A stretch of DNA of 64,000 bases, taken from the IMG/VR virus record IMGVR_UViG_3300037067_027616, positions 384,001-448,000 of that record; one strand, given 5' to 3'. Both the position numbers and the translations under genes were made by a program. Positions within the stretch are counted from its first letter, which is position 1, and every line of letters starts with the position of its first letter. The stretch is from a virus. Its lineage: Duplodnaviria > Caudoviricetes. Shown here piece by piece: positions 20,537 to 28,813 of the stretch. The notes under the pieces were generated by a model. That model made no database searches. It was not told the origin of the DNA and saw nothing but the letters and a program-made list of their open reading frames with translations.

Positions 20537-20679
20537 TGCTTCGTCAGCGTTGACAGATACACATCCAGATGCAAAGGCGAACATGCAGCCTTGAACGCAT
20601 GTGCGGGAGAGCCGCCGCAGCCCCGAGATGCTCAAGACAGCAGGCCCTGACAAGCCTGCACCACATAGGGGAGTATCCT

Positions 20680-21687
20680 ATGAACCGCAGTACGTTGTCC
20701 CTCCAAGACCGTGTCCAAAAGGCCGCGGAAGTTCTCAAGTGTGACAGTGACAAGATCAAGCAGGCCCTTGAGGGTCTCGGCATCGAGATCGGCGATGAGT
20801 TTGCCGAAGGCCTCATCGATGCTGAAACCACTACGGAAGCCATGATCCAAAGTAAGTTGCGTGACTTCCTTGGACACGGTCTTGACCCGAAGACGGCACC
20901 CAAATCGGCGCGCTTGGCCGCTGCGACTGCCATCTTGAAAGGTAAGGATCCGTTCAAGAAGGAAGAGGAGAAGCCGACTGATGCTCCGTCCGTGAAGCTC
21001 GACACATCGAGTTCCACAGGTTCGTCAGGGGCCGACCTCGTAGTCAAACACCTCGAATCCTTGCGTCCTATCCCGACGTACAAGGATCGTGAACTGCTCG
21101 AGAAATATGCGAGCGTTCGTGATTATGATATTGAGCGGGAATTGGACTTGCGTAGTCGCGGACAGCCGTTCGTGGTTTTGAAGGACGGTGAGAAGCGGGA
21201 ACCAGGCAAAGAGGTCATCGACATTGACTACAGCATGGATCTTCTGAAAAGGGCACGCAGGGGCAAGGTGAACAGCACGATCGTTCCCTACGGAAATAAG
21301 GTAGCCAACGTCTATCGCATCACCGAACTGAACATGGACGACCGTAAGGTCGAATTGTGTCCGATCTGTGGCGAGACGCTCTACAAAGGCTACTGCGAGA
21401 AGTGCGAACTGAATTTTCAAGCAATTGGAAAGGATGAGCGCTCCTACATGAGGGTCATTATTGACCACTCGATCAGTTTCCAGAGGGGTAGCTTCGCTGA
21501 CCGCAAAGCTCTGCATGCCAGTGCCACTAAAGGATTGGGTGACCTCAGGGCGACATGGCCGAGTGTGAGTGCTCTTTTTGATGACTTGAAGGAGACAGAT
21601 AGTCTTCCGAAGCTTGTGCTCATCGAGAACAGGCCCAGCAGGACCATCGCCGATCCGTTCCACGTCGCAGGTAATCGGTCGTACTAG
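20680..21687 (+). CDS. Hypothetical protein with C4 zinc ribbon
   Basis: CPICG...CEKC; start placed at ATG 20680 after GGGGAG RBS. Confidence 0.7.
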   Translation: MNRSTLSLQDRVQKAAEVLKCDSDKIKQALEGLGIEIGDEFAEGLIDAETTTEAMIQSKLRDFLGHGLDPKTAPKSARLAAATAILKGKDPFKKEEEKPTDAPSVKLDTSSSTGSSGADLVVKHLESLRPIPTYKDRELLEKYASVRDYDIERELDLRSRGQPFVVLKDGEKREPGKEVIDIDYSMDLLKRARRGKVNSTIVPYGNKVANVYRITELNMDDRKVELCPICGETLYKGYCEKCELNFQAIGKDERSYMRVIIDHSISFQRGSFADRKALHASATKGLGDLRATWPSVSALFDDLKETDSLPKLVLIENRPSRTIADPFHVAGNRSY

Positions 21688-21693
21688 CAAAAC

Positions 21694-21733
21694 AGGAAGG
21701 TGACGGGGATTGCTTTCCTCGTCACCTTCCTTT
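21694..21733 (+). terminator. Intrinsic terminator-like hairpin
   Basis: AGGAAGGTGACGGGGA / TTCCTCGTCACCTTCCT. Confidence 0.65.
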
Positions 21734-21751
21734 CACCTTGCCTTGGAGGGC

Positions 21752-22900
21752 ATGAAAATGAAAACAGAAACACTTATGAAATACAAAGGGTTTTTTGCAC
21801 AGATTATGGAGGCTGAAAGGCTCGTTGGTGATCAGACGTTTGGTCTGCCCCCGGGATCCGCTCTCCCCGCCTATTGTTCAAACATCTTCAAAGAATACCC
21901 ACAGAATTGGATGCGCGGACCGGGAGTGTTCGTTATACCCGTTCGTCCGAACAAAGGTTTATGGTTCGATTTCACTCCTAATGATCATGCCAATACGGCC
22001 GTGCTTCCCACAGTAAAAGGATGCAATCCCATCACGGGACTGCAGACGTCAGGATATCATCTTGAACGGTATGATACGAAATGTCCGAAGCACAACAAGG
22101 AGTTTGGCCCCGACAGGTTCTGTGAGGAATGTGGGTACAAATGGCCATTCGGCAACTATGTAGCCCGGCCAAACGTACTTTGGCTGGACGGGTTCCGGGA
22201 TTCCGGAGATGGCACCGTACGCCAGTTCTTCTTCACCGAAGACGAGGTCCGCGACATCGCCACGAAGATGATCGGCAAGGAGAACACTGTTCCTGCATTT
22301 GGATTTGCGTTCTACAGGCCAAAGGTCGAGAGGCCCCGTGAGCAAAGAACTATGCGCGGTGATAGTTTCTTATATAAGACCTTGGTGCCCGATGCTTATC
22401 TGGATGTCAAAGGTGCTAATACATCTTGGACTTTGTCTAATTCTTCAGGGTCAATGACATACAGTGTTCCCGGTGCAAACAAGGTTTGTTTCTGCAACAC
22501 GAGTTATTTGGTGGGTTCTTTGGGCGAGAAGTCCATGCCTTCTGCTGCAGGGATGACTTCAGAATTTGACGATATGAATTTTGTTGATAAGGAACATACA
22601 GCATCCGCCGCACCGTACAAGTCGCCCCCCAAGGATAGGGTGTTACGCAAAAAGGCTGTCCAGGCACGTTTGGGGGAAGACTATCAACCCAAGAAGGAAG
22701 TAGCCATCGGCGCAGGTGCAAAAATAGCGCAAGATCTTATTGAGGATCCCTATCCATTGGACACGTGGAAGGACACCCCGGATAGCGTCATGACCATCTA
22801 TTTCGTCTTCAAGGACGAGGTGGACAGGATGCTCTCCAAGGGTGTTGTTGACACGACTGAAAAGCCCGAAGGCATGTTGGAAGGCATGCCGGTGGGATAA
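21752..22900 (+). CDS. Conserved hypothetical protein (WLDG..GxVRQF family)
   Basis: Start after GGAGG; motifs GVFVIP..LWFDF, WLDGF..GTVRQF, GAGAKIAQDLIEDPY. Confidence 0.65.
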   Translation: MKMKTETLMKYKGFFAQIMEAERLVGDQTFGLPPGSALPAYCSNIFKEYPQNWMRGPGVFVIPVRPNKGLWFDFTPNDHANTAVLPTVKGCNPITGLQTSGYHLERYDTKCPKHNKEFGPDRFCEECGYKWPFGNYVARPNVLWLDGFRDSGDGTVRQFFFTEDEVRDIATKMIGKENTVPAFGFAFYRPKVERPREQRTMRGDSFLYKTLVPDAYLDVKGANTSWTLSNSSGSMTYSVPGANKVCFCNTSYLVGSLGEKSMPSAAGMTSEFDDMNFVDKEHTASAAPYKSPPKDRVLRKKAVQARLGEDYQPKKEVAIGAGAKIAQDLIEDPYPLDTWKDTPDSVMTIYFVFKDEVDRMLSKGVVDTTEKPEGMLEGMPVG

Positions 22901-22933
22901 CCATACATACCTTTAACAGAAGTAGGTATCAGC

Positions 22934-23440
22934 ATGAAATCAAGAGTTTCAAATGAAGAGTCACTCATCTGTAAACGCATGAACGGTCTTGAGAAAATGA
23001 TGGCCTTGTTGTATGACCGGGTCGATGCTGCAATGTCTGATGTGAACAAAAAGACCACACAGTCTCTGGCGGAGTTCGTGGGGGACAGGATTTTGCTCAT
23101 ACTGTTTCAGATAGCATCGGTGGAATACATCCTTACTCCTGAAAATAGGGTGGCTTTAATTTTGAAGGCTGTTGAGAAGGCAATAGAAGATTTCCCTAAA
23201 GACACGGGTCACGAGGATTGTGGCGAGATGGTTAGGATGCAAAAATATTTTGAGAGCGTCTTCAAAGCTACCGTGCCACCGATGGTAGACTCTATCGAGC
23301 CTCCACCACAACCAGAAGTTTCAAGGGAAGTACCACCGTCTGGTGACCGCTTGGATGAGTTGCTGAAGAAGGTGGCTTACTATGATACTTCTCGCAAGCG
23401 TGCCAAATCCCACAAGAAAAACCCCCGGAAAAGAAGGTAG
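22934..23440 (+). CDS. Hypothetical protein
   Basis: ORF with RBS; basic C-terminus. Confidence 0.6.
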   Translation: MKSRVSNEESLICKRMNGLEKMMALLYDRVDAAMSDVNKKTTQSLAEFVGDRILLILFQIASVEYILTPENRVALILKAVEKAIEDFPKDTGHEDCGEMVRMQKYFESVFKATVPPMVDSIEPPPQPEVSREVPPSGDRLDELLKKVAYYDTSRKRAKSHKKNPRKRR

Positions 23441-23441
23441 T

Positions 23442-23732
23442 ATGGTCACCACGAATACATCTTGGGCGCCTTCCTCCACTACGGGAACGTGGCTGCCTGG
23501 TTTTTCTACATCAACCTTGAAACCTGTATGTTGCTCGCAATGTGGCAGGTCCTTGGAAGGCCAGACAACGACTACATATATCAATGGCCAACCGTGGTGT
23601 GCTTGGTGCCAACAGGCTTGTTTCGGGGAATGGGCGCGTAATCCGAGTCTTTTTATGTGGATCTCAAGCCACATATCAGATATTGCCGAATATGGACGCA
23701 ATCACCCCGAAATGTTTCGACAGTCTGGTTGA
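23442..23732 (+). CDS. Hypothetical small Zn-finger protein
   Basis: CSQC...CAWC. Confidence 0.45.
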   Translation: MVTTNTSWAPSSTTGTWLPGFSTSTLKPVCCSQCGRSLEGQTTTTYINGQPWCAWCQQACFGEWARNPSLFMWISSHISDIAEYGRNHPEMFRQSG

Positions 23733-23762
23733 CACCCGCAATTTGCGATAATCGATTCATTG

Positions 23763-23791
23763 AGGTCGTCCTTGTACAGGACGACCTTTTT
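23763..23791 (+). terminator. Intrinsic terminator
   Basis: AGGTCGTCCT-TGTAC-AGGACGACCT followed by a T-run. Confidence 0.65.
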
Positions 23792-23812
23792 GTTGTCCCG
23801 CGTGGAGGTTTC

Positions 23813-24088
23813 ATGCGCGTGCGTGCTTTATATATACTCCAGGAACAAATGCGGGAGATGGAGATTTACCGATGGATTCGTTCCGAGGAGGCAAAATATG
23901 ACCTTGGCGAGACCGCATACTACGGGTGGGTCGAGGAATACGCCGCGTCCTTCAGGAAGTGGTCTGACAGCATCCCCGCTGAATGTGTGGGATGCGGGGC
24001 ATGTATGACAGGCGAAACGGGTATGGAGTGTCCGAACCCTTTCAATGTACAACGTAAGGAACGTATCAAGTCAATGGGGATTCTATGA
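23813..24088 (+). CDS. Small protein with DUF4032-like helix bundle and Cys cluster
   Basis: EIYRWIRSEEAKYDLG..W..YA..FR; CxxCxxC..C; GGAGG RBS. Confidence 0.55.
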   Translation: MRVRALYILQEQMREMEIYRWIRSEEAKYDLGETAYYGWVEEYAASFRKWSDSIPAECVGCGACMTGETGMECPNPFNVQRKERIKSMGIL

Positions 24089-24333
24089 AAATATATGTAG
24101 TTACCATGTATAGGTGGGGTGACCGTGAGAACCATTCGTATGTCGTTGGCGCATTTGCAGATGACGAGGAAAGGGCCGTCAGGCTGGGGAAGGAGATGCA
24201 CGAATACCGCGGGGGTAAATACGACCCTGAAGTGGTGTGCTTCGACCACTCCACAAACCCTCCGACCATGACCGTTGTGTACCCTGTTGAAAAGTTTGAT
24301 TCGAAGGTATTCAAGGGGTTGTCGGAAGGTTAA
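24085..24333 (+). CDS. Hypothetical phage protein
   Basis: ATGA-coupled; YVVTMYRWGDRENHSYVVG. Confidence 0.6.
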   Translation: MKIYVVTMYRWGDRENHSYVVGAFADDEERAVRLGKEMHEYRGGKYDPEVVCFDHSTNPPTMTVVYPVEKFDSKVFKGLSEG

Positions 24334-24384
24334 TAATACTTCTTTTATAAGAATTCTTAAGCAAATTCAGCACAGGAGTCCCTA

Positions 24385-25266
24385 ATGTTTGACATCGTTT
24401 CTTACGCACAGAAGTACCTCGAAGAGCCTGTTTCTTCAGAGGTTGACGCTAAATTGTCCGATTTGTTCAAGAAGAAGGCCCCGACACCCGCTCCGGCACC
24501 AGAGCCTGAACCCCTTGTGAAGGGTGAGGTGCAACCGCAACTTACCGATGAATCTGTTGATAAATCAATAAGGGGTATGAAGGGTTTGTCTAATTTTTTG
24601 TTTAGCATAGGTGTAAAACCTCATACTTGGGCTATGTTGTCTCCGGCAGAAAAGAAAAATGTTTCAGAAACTTTGTTTCCTAAGCCTGTTGGTCGTGGTA
24701 GTTTTGATTTGACTGGAGGGGTAATATATCTTGACTATCCGCGATATGGTATTGAGGGGCAAAAAAGATTAGAATCCTTCGTCAATAAACTTTTGTCAAA
24801 GTTGTCCGGTTTTCCTGAATTTAAGTCTGATGTAGAGGAATATATGTCGAAGTTTTTGAAAGACCCCAACAAAACTAAACCAGAAAATAAACCCGGAGAA
24901 TTAGGGTATCATACTTCTGTACGGGATTACCCACCTACAGGAAAAGAAATGCCAAAACTCGCCTCTGAAGAACTTATCGCCTCCGATGTGGCCCTCATAG
25001 AGATGTCCCTGCAGGAAGTAGAAGCGGCCGACCGTGAAATCAATGCGGCGTGGGAAACCATCGAGGCTGCCCGGAAGCGCAAGAAGAAATGGGTACAAAA
25101 CATAAATTTGAAAAAGGGTCGGTTAACAAAATACAAAAGGCCCGGAGAGTCCATGGAGGACGCGGCGAATCGTGCTCTTAATAGCGATGACCCCTCTGTC
25201 CGCGGAATGGGCTCATTTTTTATGGCCGCCCATAAGTTCAAGCACAAGAAGGGTAAAGGCGCGTAG
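24385..25266 (+). CDS. Hypothetical protein
   Basis: AGGAG RBS; long ORF with an AT-richer central segment. Confidence 0.65.
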   Translation: MFDIVSYAQKYLEEPVSSEVDAKLSDLFKKKAPTPAPAPEPEPLVKGEVQPQLTDESVDKSIRGMKGLSNFLFSIGVKPHTWAMLSPAEKKNVSETLFPKPVGRGSFDLTGGVIYLDYPRYGIEGQKRLESFVNKLLSKLSGFPEFKSDVEEYMSKFLKDPNKTKPENKPGELGYHTSVRDYPPTGKEMPKLASEELIASDVALIEMSLQEVEAADREINAAWETIEAARKRKKKWVQNINLKKGRLTKYKRPGESMEDAANRALNSDDPSVRGMGSFFMAAHKFKHKKGKGA

Positions 25267-25277
25267 GGGGTAAATTT

Positions 25278-25649
25278 ATGAACCCACATTGTTGCCGTTG
25301 TGGTACTACAGACCCCTCACCGATGCGCGACAGCGATGGTGACCTCATCTATTGGTTCAGGGTGGAGGAGGATGAGGACGGTGAGGACAGGCTGTGCGCC
25401 GGGGAGAAGGAACCAGATGATGACGAGGACACCGTGGCCTTCACGGGCATCACCAAAAAGAATTTTGAGTTCGATGACTCCTATAAAATAATGTGTCCTG
25501 AATGTGCCTCTGAAGAATGCGAGTACATCAAAGGGGACATTGTTGACAGCATTGTGGGATTGGACGATGACGGTTGGATGGAGGATGGGTTCGACCCGTT
25601 TTCAAGCGATGATGTAACGGATGAAGATCCCGATGACGATGACGATTAG
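25278..25649 (+). CDS. Highly acidic Zn-ribbon protein
   Basis: CCRC...CPEC; very Asp/Glu-rich. Confidence 0.6.
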   Translation: MNPHCCRCGTTDPSPMRDSDGDLIYWFRVEEDEDGEDRLCAGEKEPDDDEDTVAFTGITKKNFEFDDSYKIMCPECASEECEYIKGDIVDSIVGLDDDGWMEDGFDPFSSDDVTDEDPDDDDD

Positions 25650-26047
25650 CGCCTAGCCGACCTTTTTGCTTTATTTTTGCTTTCAGAGGGCTTCTTTGGT
25701 TTGGAAGCCCTTTGCTTATAGTTCTCGGGGACCATCTTCTTTTTGACTTCCTCGTATGCCCCGCGTATGCCACTGCTGATGATGTCCATCTGCGTGTGTG
25801 TCATTAAGAACATATCCTGCTCATCAGGGAAATCGCGCGTAAAGGTGCACCCGGTCATGTAGCTGGCGCCCTCGAACAGTTCATGGTGCAGGGTGTTGAG
25901 GAAGTCTTCAAGGTCGAATTTGTCATCTATGGTTATGAGGCGTGCCACGGCATCGCACTCGCCGCCATCGTCTCCAGGCACCGGGCCACGCACGCATTTC
26001 CATTTTTGTCCAAACCATTGGAACTCGCACGAGTGCACCATGGACAT
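25646..26047 (-). CDS. Zincin-like protein with HExxE variant motif; only convincing minus-strand gene
   Basis: ITIDD...TLHHELFEG; convergent with the 25278 gene; AGGAG near the start. Confidence 0.6.
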   Translation of the reverse strand: MSMVHSCEFQWFGQKWKCVRGPVPGDDGGECDAVARLITIDDKFDLEDFLNTLHHELFEGASYMTGCTFTRDFPDEQDMFLMTHTQMDIISSGIRGAYEEVKKKMVPENYKQRASKPKKPSESKNKAKRSARR

Positions 26048-26175
26048 CTCCTATATGGGTATCGTATGAAAGGACGCCTCAATGAGAAGGTTATTAGGGT
26101 GAAAAATCTTGACTTGTAATAATGCGTTCATAGACTGTCAAGTATGGACACCACCCACGTCCATTATCAAAAATG

Positions 26176-26204
26176 TTAAAAACAACCTGTCAAGACACTA
26201 TATT
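26176..26204 (+). promoter_or_regulatory. Putative promoter TTAAAA-N17-TATATT
   Basis: Recurrent motif in intergenic DNA. Confidence 0.5.
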
Positions 26205-26254
26205 GCATAAAAGGGGCGTTTCAGGCTCCTGTATGCCATAGAAAGGACTTTGTC

Positions 26255-27478
26255 ATGGCCAAAAAGGATTTAACGAAGAAACTCAGGTTGGTACGTTCAG
26301 GACAGGTTGGTGCAGGAGCCACGGCCTCCGCTGATGCCGAACAAAATGTGGATCAATACGGTTTGTCGATGCAGGAGGGTATCACCCGCCTCGAGGACGA
26401 GAACCGTAAGTTGCGCACGGAGCTTAAAACGGCACAACGCGACTCGACGGTGTTCAAGATGCTTGCGGCGGTCATCGAGCAACAACCGCCGTTCTCCACG
26501 TTCACGCCATACAGTTCCATCATAGATCGTAAAACACGCATTACCGAATCGGCCATGCTTGTGTTCTCCGACAGCCATGCCGACCAGGAGATAATCGCCA
26601 ACCGCGTCAGGGGCCTAGAGGAGTACGGGTTCGATATTGCTTGTCAGCGTGCGGAAAGAATAGTAGACACGACGATAAGTCACCTCATCGACAACATGAA
26701 GAACTACAGGTTTGAAACGCTTTACATTGCAGGTCTCGGTGATTACGTGAACGGCGAGATACACGGGGCCTCCGAACACAGCAAATGGCACAACGCCTTG
26801 AAGAATTCCATGGGAATGGGCGAACTGTTTGCCATGATGATAACCGATCTTTCAAGGTACTTCAAAAAGATTGTCGTGTGCAGCGTGTCCGGCAACCACG
26901 GTCGCAGATCAGCCAAGAAGGACTACCGAGGTGCACACGACAATTGGGATTACCTTGTAATTTCCCATGCCGCCACAAGGTTGAAGGGACTCATCGAGCA
27001 AGGCCGGGTGGAGATAGTTGCTCCGGACGCGTGGTCGATGATTGTGAATATATACGGATGGAATTTTGTTCTCAATCACGGTGACGACATCAGATCTTGG
27101 AATAGTCTCCCATGGTATGGGATCGAGAGGAAGACCCGCCGGCTCAATGCCATCGGGACTGTGACCGGGCAGATGCCAAATTATTATCTGTTTGGTCATT
27201 TTCATAATATGGGTTCACAACAGCATACGACGGGGGAGACGATCGTAAATGGAAATTGGTGTGCCACAGACGAATATGCTTTGGAAAGTCTCGGGGCCTA
27301 TTCGGAGCCTTATCAATGGCTCATGGGAATTCACCCCACCTATGGTCTTACATGGCGCCTTCCAATAAAACTCAGGAAGAAGGATTGGCGTGAGTCTCTC
27401 GGTAAGGCTTCCAGGTACACTATTACACAACTTGAGGGTAATTCGTTGGTGGGGGTTGACAAAGTTACTGAAGCGTAG
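26255..27478 (+). CDS. Calcineurin-like metallophosphoesterase with N-terminal coiled coil
   Basis: SDSH, LGD, GNHG, HGD, GHFH. Confidence 0.85.
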   Translation: MAKKDLTKKLRLVRSGQVGAGATASADAEQNVDQYGLSMQEGITRLEDENRKLRTELKTAQRDSTVFKMLAAVIEQQPPFSTFTPYSSIIDRKTRITESAMLVFSDSHADQEIIANRVRGLEEYGFDIACQRAERIVDTTISHLIDNMKNYRFETLYIAGLGDYVNGEIHGASEHSKWHNALKNSMGMGELFAMMITDLSRYFKKIVVCSVSGNHGRRSAKKDYRGAHDNWDYLVISHAATRLKGLIEQGRVEIVAPDAWSMIVNIYGWNFVLNHGDDIRSWNSLPWYGIERKTRRLNAIGTVTGQMPNYYLFGHFHNMGSQQHTTGETIVNGNWCATDEYALESLGAYSEPYQWLMGIHPTYGLTWRLPIKLRKKDWRESLGKASRYTITQLEGNSLVGVDKVTEA

Positions 27479-27484
27479 TATATT
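27456..27484 (+). promoter_or_regulatory. Promoter TTGACA-N17-TATATT driving the ncRNA array
   Basis: Perfect -35 box, 17-bp spacer; predicted start site (~27491) coincides with the 5' end of RNA unit 1. Confidence 0.8.
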
Positions 27485-27490
27485 ATGTCC

Positions 27491-27657
27491 GTTGTGGTTC
27501 TTTCTCATTCCGGTCAGCACTCCATGCGAGGGCGTACATGTATAGCTCAATTGGATAGAGCGCAAGACTATTAATCTTGAGGTTGCGGGATCATATCCTG
27601 CTACAAATGTTACACACGCACTAGCGACTTGTGCTGATTGGAATGAGGAAGAACAAC
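27491..27657 (+). ncRNA. Y RNA-like unit 1 containing a degenerate tRNA-like domain (27536-27610, anticodon loop CTATTAA)
   Basis: 24-bp closing stem GTTCTTTCTCATTCCGGTCAGCAC/GTGCTGATTGGAATGAGGAAGAAC; TCCAT..GGCGTACAT / ACGCA..GACTT motif; D, anticodon and T arms present. Confidence 0.75.
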
Positions 27658-27660
27658 TCT

Positions 27661-27797
27661 TTGAAAGTAAGTCTGCTCTCCACACCGGGGGCCTACATTC
27701 GATGGATAGTCGATGCTACGTACCGGGTTCTCCATAAGCCGTAAGTGCTTATGGTGGCTCGGTAAAGCAACCGGAACTCGAGCAGGTTTACCTTCAA
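27661..27797 (+). ncRNA. Y RNA-like unit 2 (hairpin insert, no tRNA domain)
   Basis: Closing stem TTGAAAGTAAGTCTGCTC/GAGCAGGTTTACCTTCAA; variant motif TCCAC..GGCCTACAT / AAGCA..AACTC. Confidence 0.6.
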
Positions 27798-27800
27798 TTT

Positions 27801-27960
27801 GCTCTTTCACATTCTGGCCAGCACTCCATGTTGGGGCGTACATTGCGATTAGCTCAATGGTAGAGCGCATTCCTTAAGAGAATGATGTCGCGGGCTCGAA
27901 ACCCGTATTGCAAACCAAAACACGCATTAACGACTTGTGCCGGCTAGAATGAGGAAGAGC
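27801..27960 (+). ncRNA. Y RNA-like unit 3 enclosing a full tRNA cloverleaf
   Basis: Closing stem GCTCTTTCACATTCTGGCCAGCAC/GTGCCGGCTAGAATGAGGAAGAGC, with compensatory changes relative to unit 1. Confidence 0.75.
27843..27917 (+). tRNA. tRNA-like element, anticodon TAA (nominally Leu), atypical
   Basis: Acceptor TTGCGAT/ATTGCAA + A + CCA; D arm GCTC/GAGC; anticodon stem CATTC/GAATG; T arm GCGGG-CTCGAAA-CCCGT; short variable loop. Confidence 0.55.
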
Positions 27961-27965
27961 GATGC

Positions 27966-28072
27966 TCTTTGACACAGACTCTCGTCCTCTATGCTCAGGG
28001 CGTACATTCGATACTACCATTAAGGTTTTGAATTAACGCACGAGTGACTTGAACGGGAGCCTGTGACAAAGA
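27966..28072 (+). ncRNA. Y RNA-like unit 4 (minimal insert)
   Basis: Closing stem TCTTTGACACAGACTCTCGTCC/GAACGGGAGCCTGTGACAAAGA; TCTAT..GGCGTACAT / ACGCA..GACTT. Confidence 0.7.
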
Positions 28073-28076
28073 CCAT

Positions 28077-28112
28077 AGAAGCCGGGGACTTCAAGTTCTC
28101 GGTTTTTTCTTT
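28077..28112 (+). terminator. Intrinsic terminator ending the ncRNA array
   Basis: GCCGGGGAC-TTCAA-GTTCTCGGT followed by TTTTTCTTT. Confidence 0.75.
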
Positions 28113-28158
28113 GTCCCTGTTGTTTAAAAGTGTCTATTAATGTGTGTGAAAATTTATC

Positions 28159-28187
28159 GTTACAAATGAGGTTTCAAAAAGTATATT
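28159..28187 (+). promoter_or_regulatory. Putative promoter GTTACA-N17-TATATT
   Basis: Recurrent motif upstream of the Ubl-like gene. Confidence 0.55.
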
Positions 28188-28217
28188 CGATAGGTCGCCA
28201 ATAAAAAGGAGGGTGAG

Positions 28218-28472
28218 ATGGTACACGTTAAGTATGAGGGTCGTTCCGAGGACATCGAGTTTGACGCATTGTTCGCGCAGGATCGCCTGGCTTCTATAGG
28301 TATCCCTGCGGGTGTGGTGCCTACGCCGCAGTCGGTGACGCAACAGCAGATCAAGGTCGCCTTGGCGCAGCATTTCGATCGTGGTTTGACCGAGTTCGAT
28401 GAGATGTATGTCGAGGTCAACCCGAATGGAAACATCACGGTGCGTCCGGAGGCAGTGTTCGGTACCCGGTAA
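28218..28472 (+). CDS. Small ubiquitin-like (beta-grasp) protein candidate
   Basis: 84 aa with strand-strand-helix-strand pattern, ending VRPEAVFG-TR; strong AGGAGG RBS; E1 and JAB genes nearby. Confidence 0.6.
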   Translation: MVHVKYEGRSEDIEFDALFAQDRLASIGIPAGVVPTPQSVTQQQIKVALAQHFDRGLTEFDEMYVEVNPNGNITVRPEAVFGTR

Positions 28473-28548
28473 TAACAGGTCACAAGGTGAGGGGGTAACA
28501 AACATAACCCTTGTGACCTCTTGTCATAGTCTTGAACAAGGAGTCTGT

Positions 28549-28767
28549 ATGGTTCTTCTGTGGGACGTCATCGAGATAATTTTGGTGCTTGCTATTTTGA
28601 TGTTCATGGTTACCCAGGTATTCCTCCCGATTATACGGGGTACTCCGATGTACCCTTTTTTCAAGTCGAAGGAGCCAAAATTGTCAAAAGATTTGAAGGA
28701 GGCCCGGCAGAAGGTTGTTGAAAGTAACTTGAAAAAAGAGGTTGATGACACTAAGAACATTAAGTAG
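28549..28767 (+). CDS. Small single-pass membrane protein
   Basis: N-terminal hydrophobic helix and basic tail; precedes the Band-7 gene. Confidence 0.65.
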   Translation: MVLLWDVIEIILVLAILMFMVTQVFLPIIRGTPMYPFFKSKEPKLSKDLKEARQKVVESNLKKEVDDTKNIK

Positions 28768-28813
28768 TTCCCGGTAACAGTCAAATAACATACAAATCAA
28801 AAAGGAGATTCAG

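Noticed and set aside
27536-27610. Canonical tRNA-Asn call
   Set aside because: The ATT anticodon, degenerate T-loop, mismatched acceptor stem and missing CCA fit a tRNA-like domain of unit 1 better.
27215-27870. Minus-strand ORFs 27215-27685 and 27610-27870
   Set aside because: They overlap the structured RNA array and a + strand gene, with no RBS or protein-like motifs.
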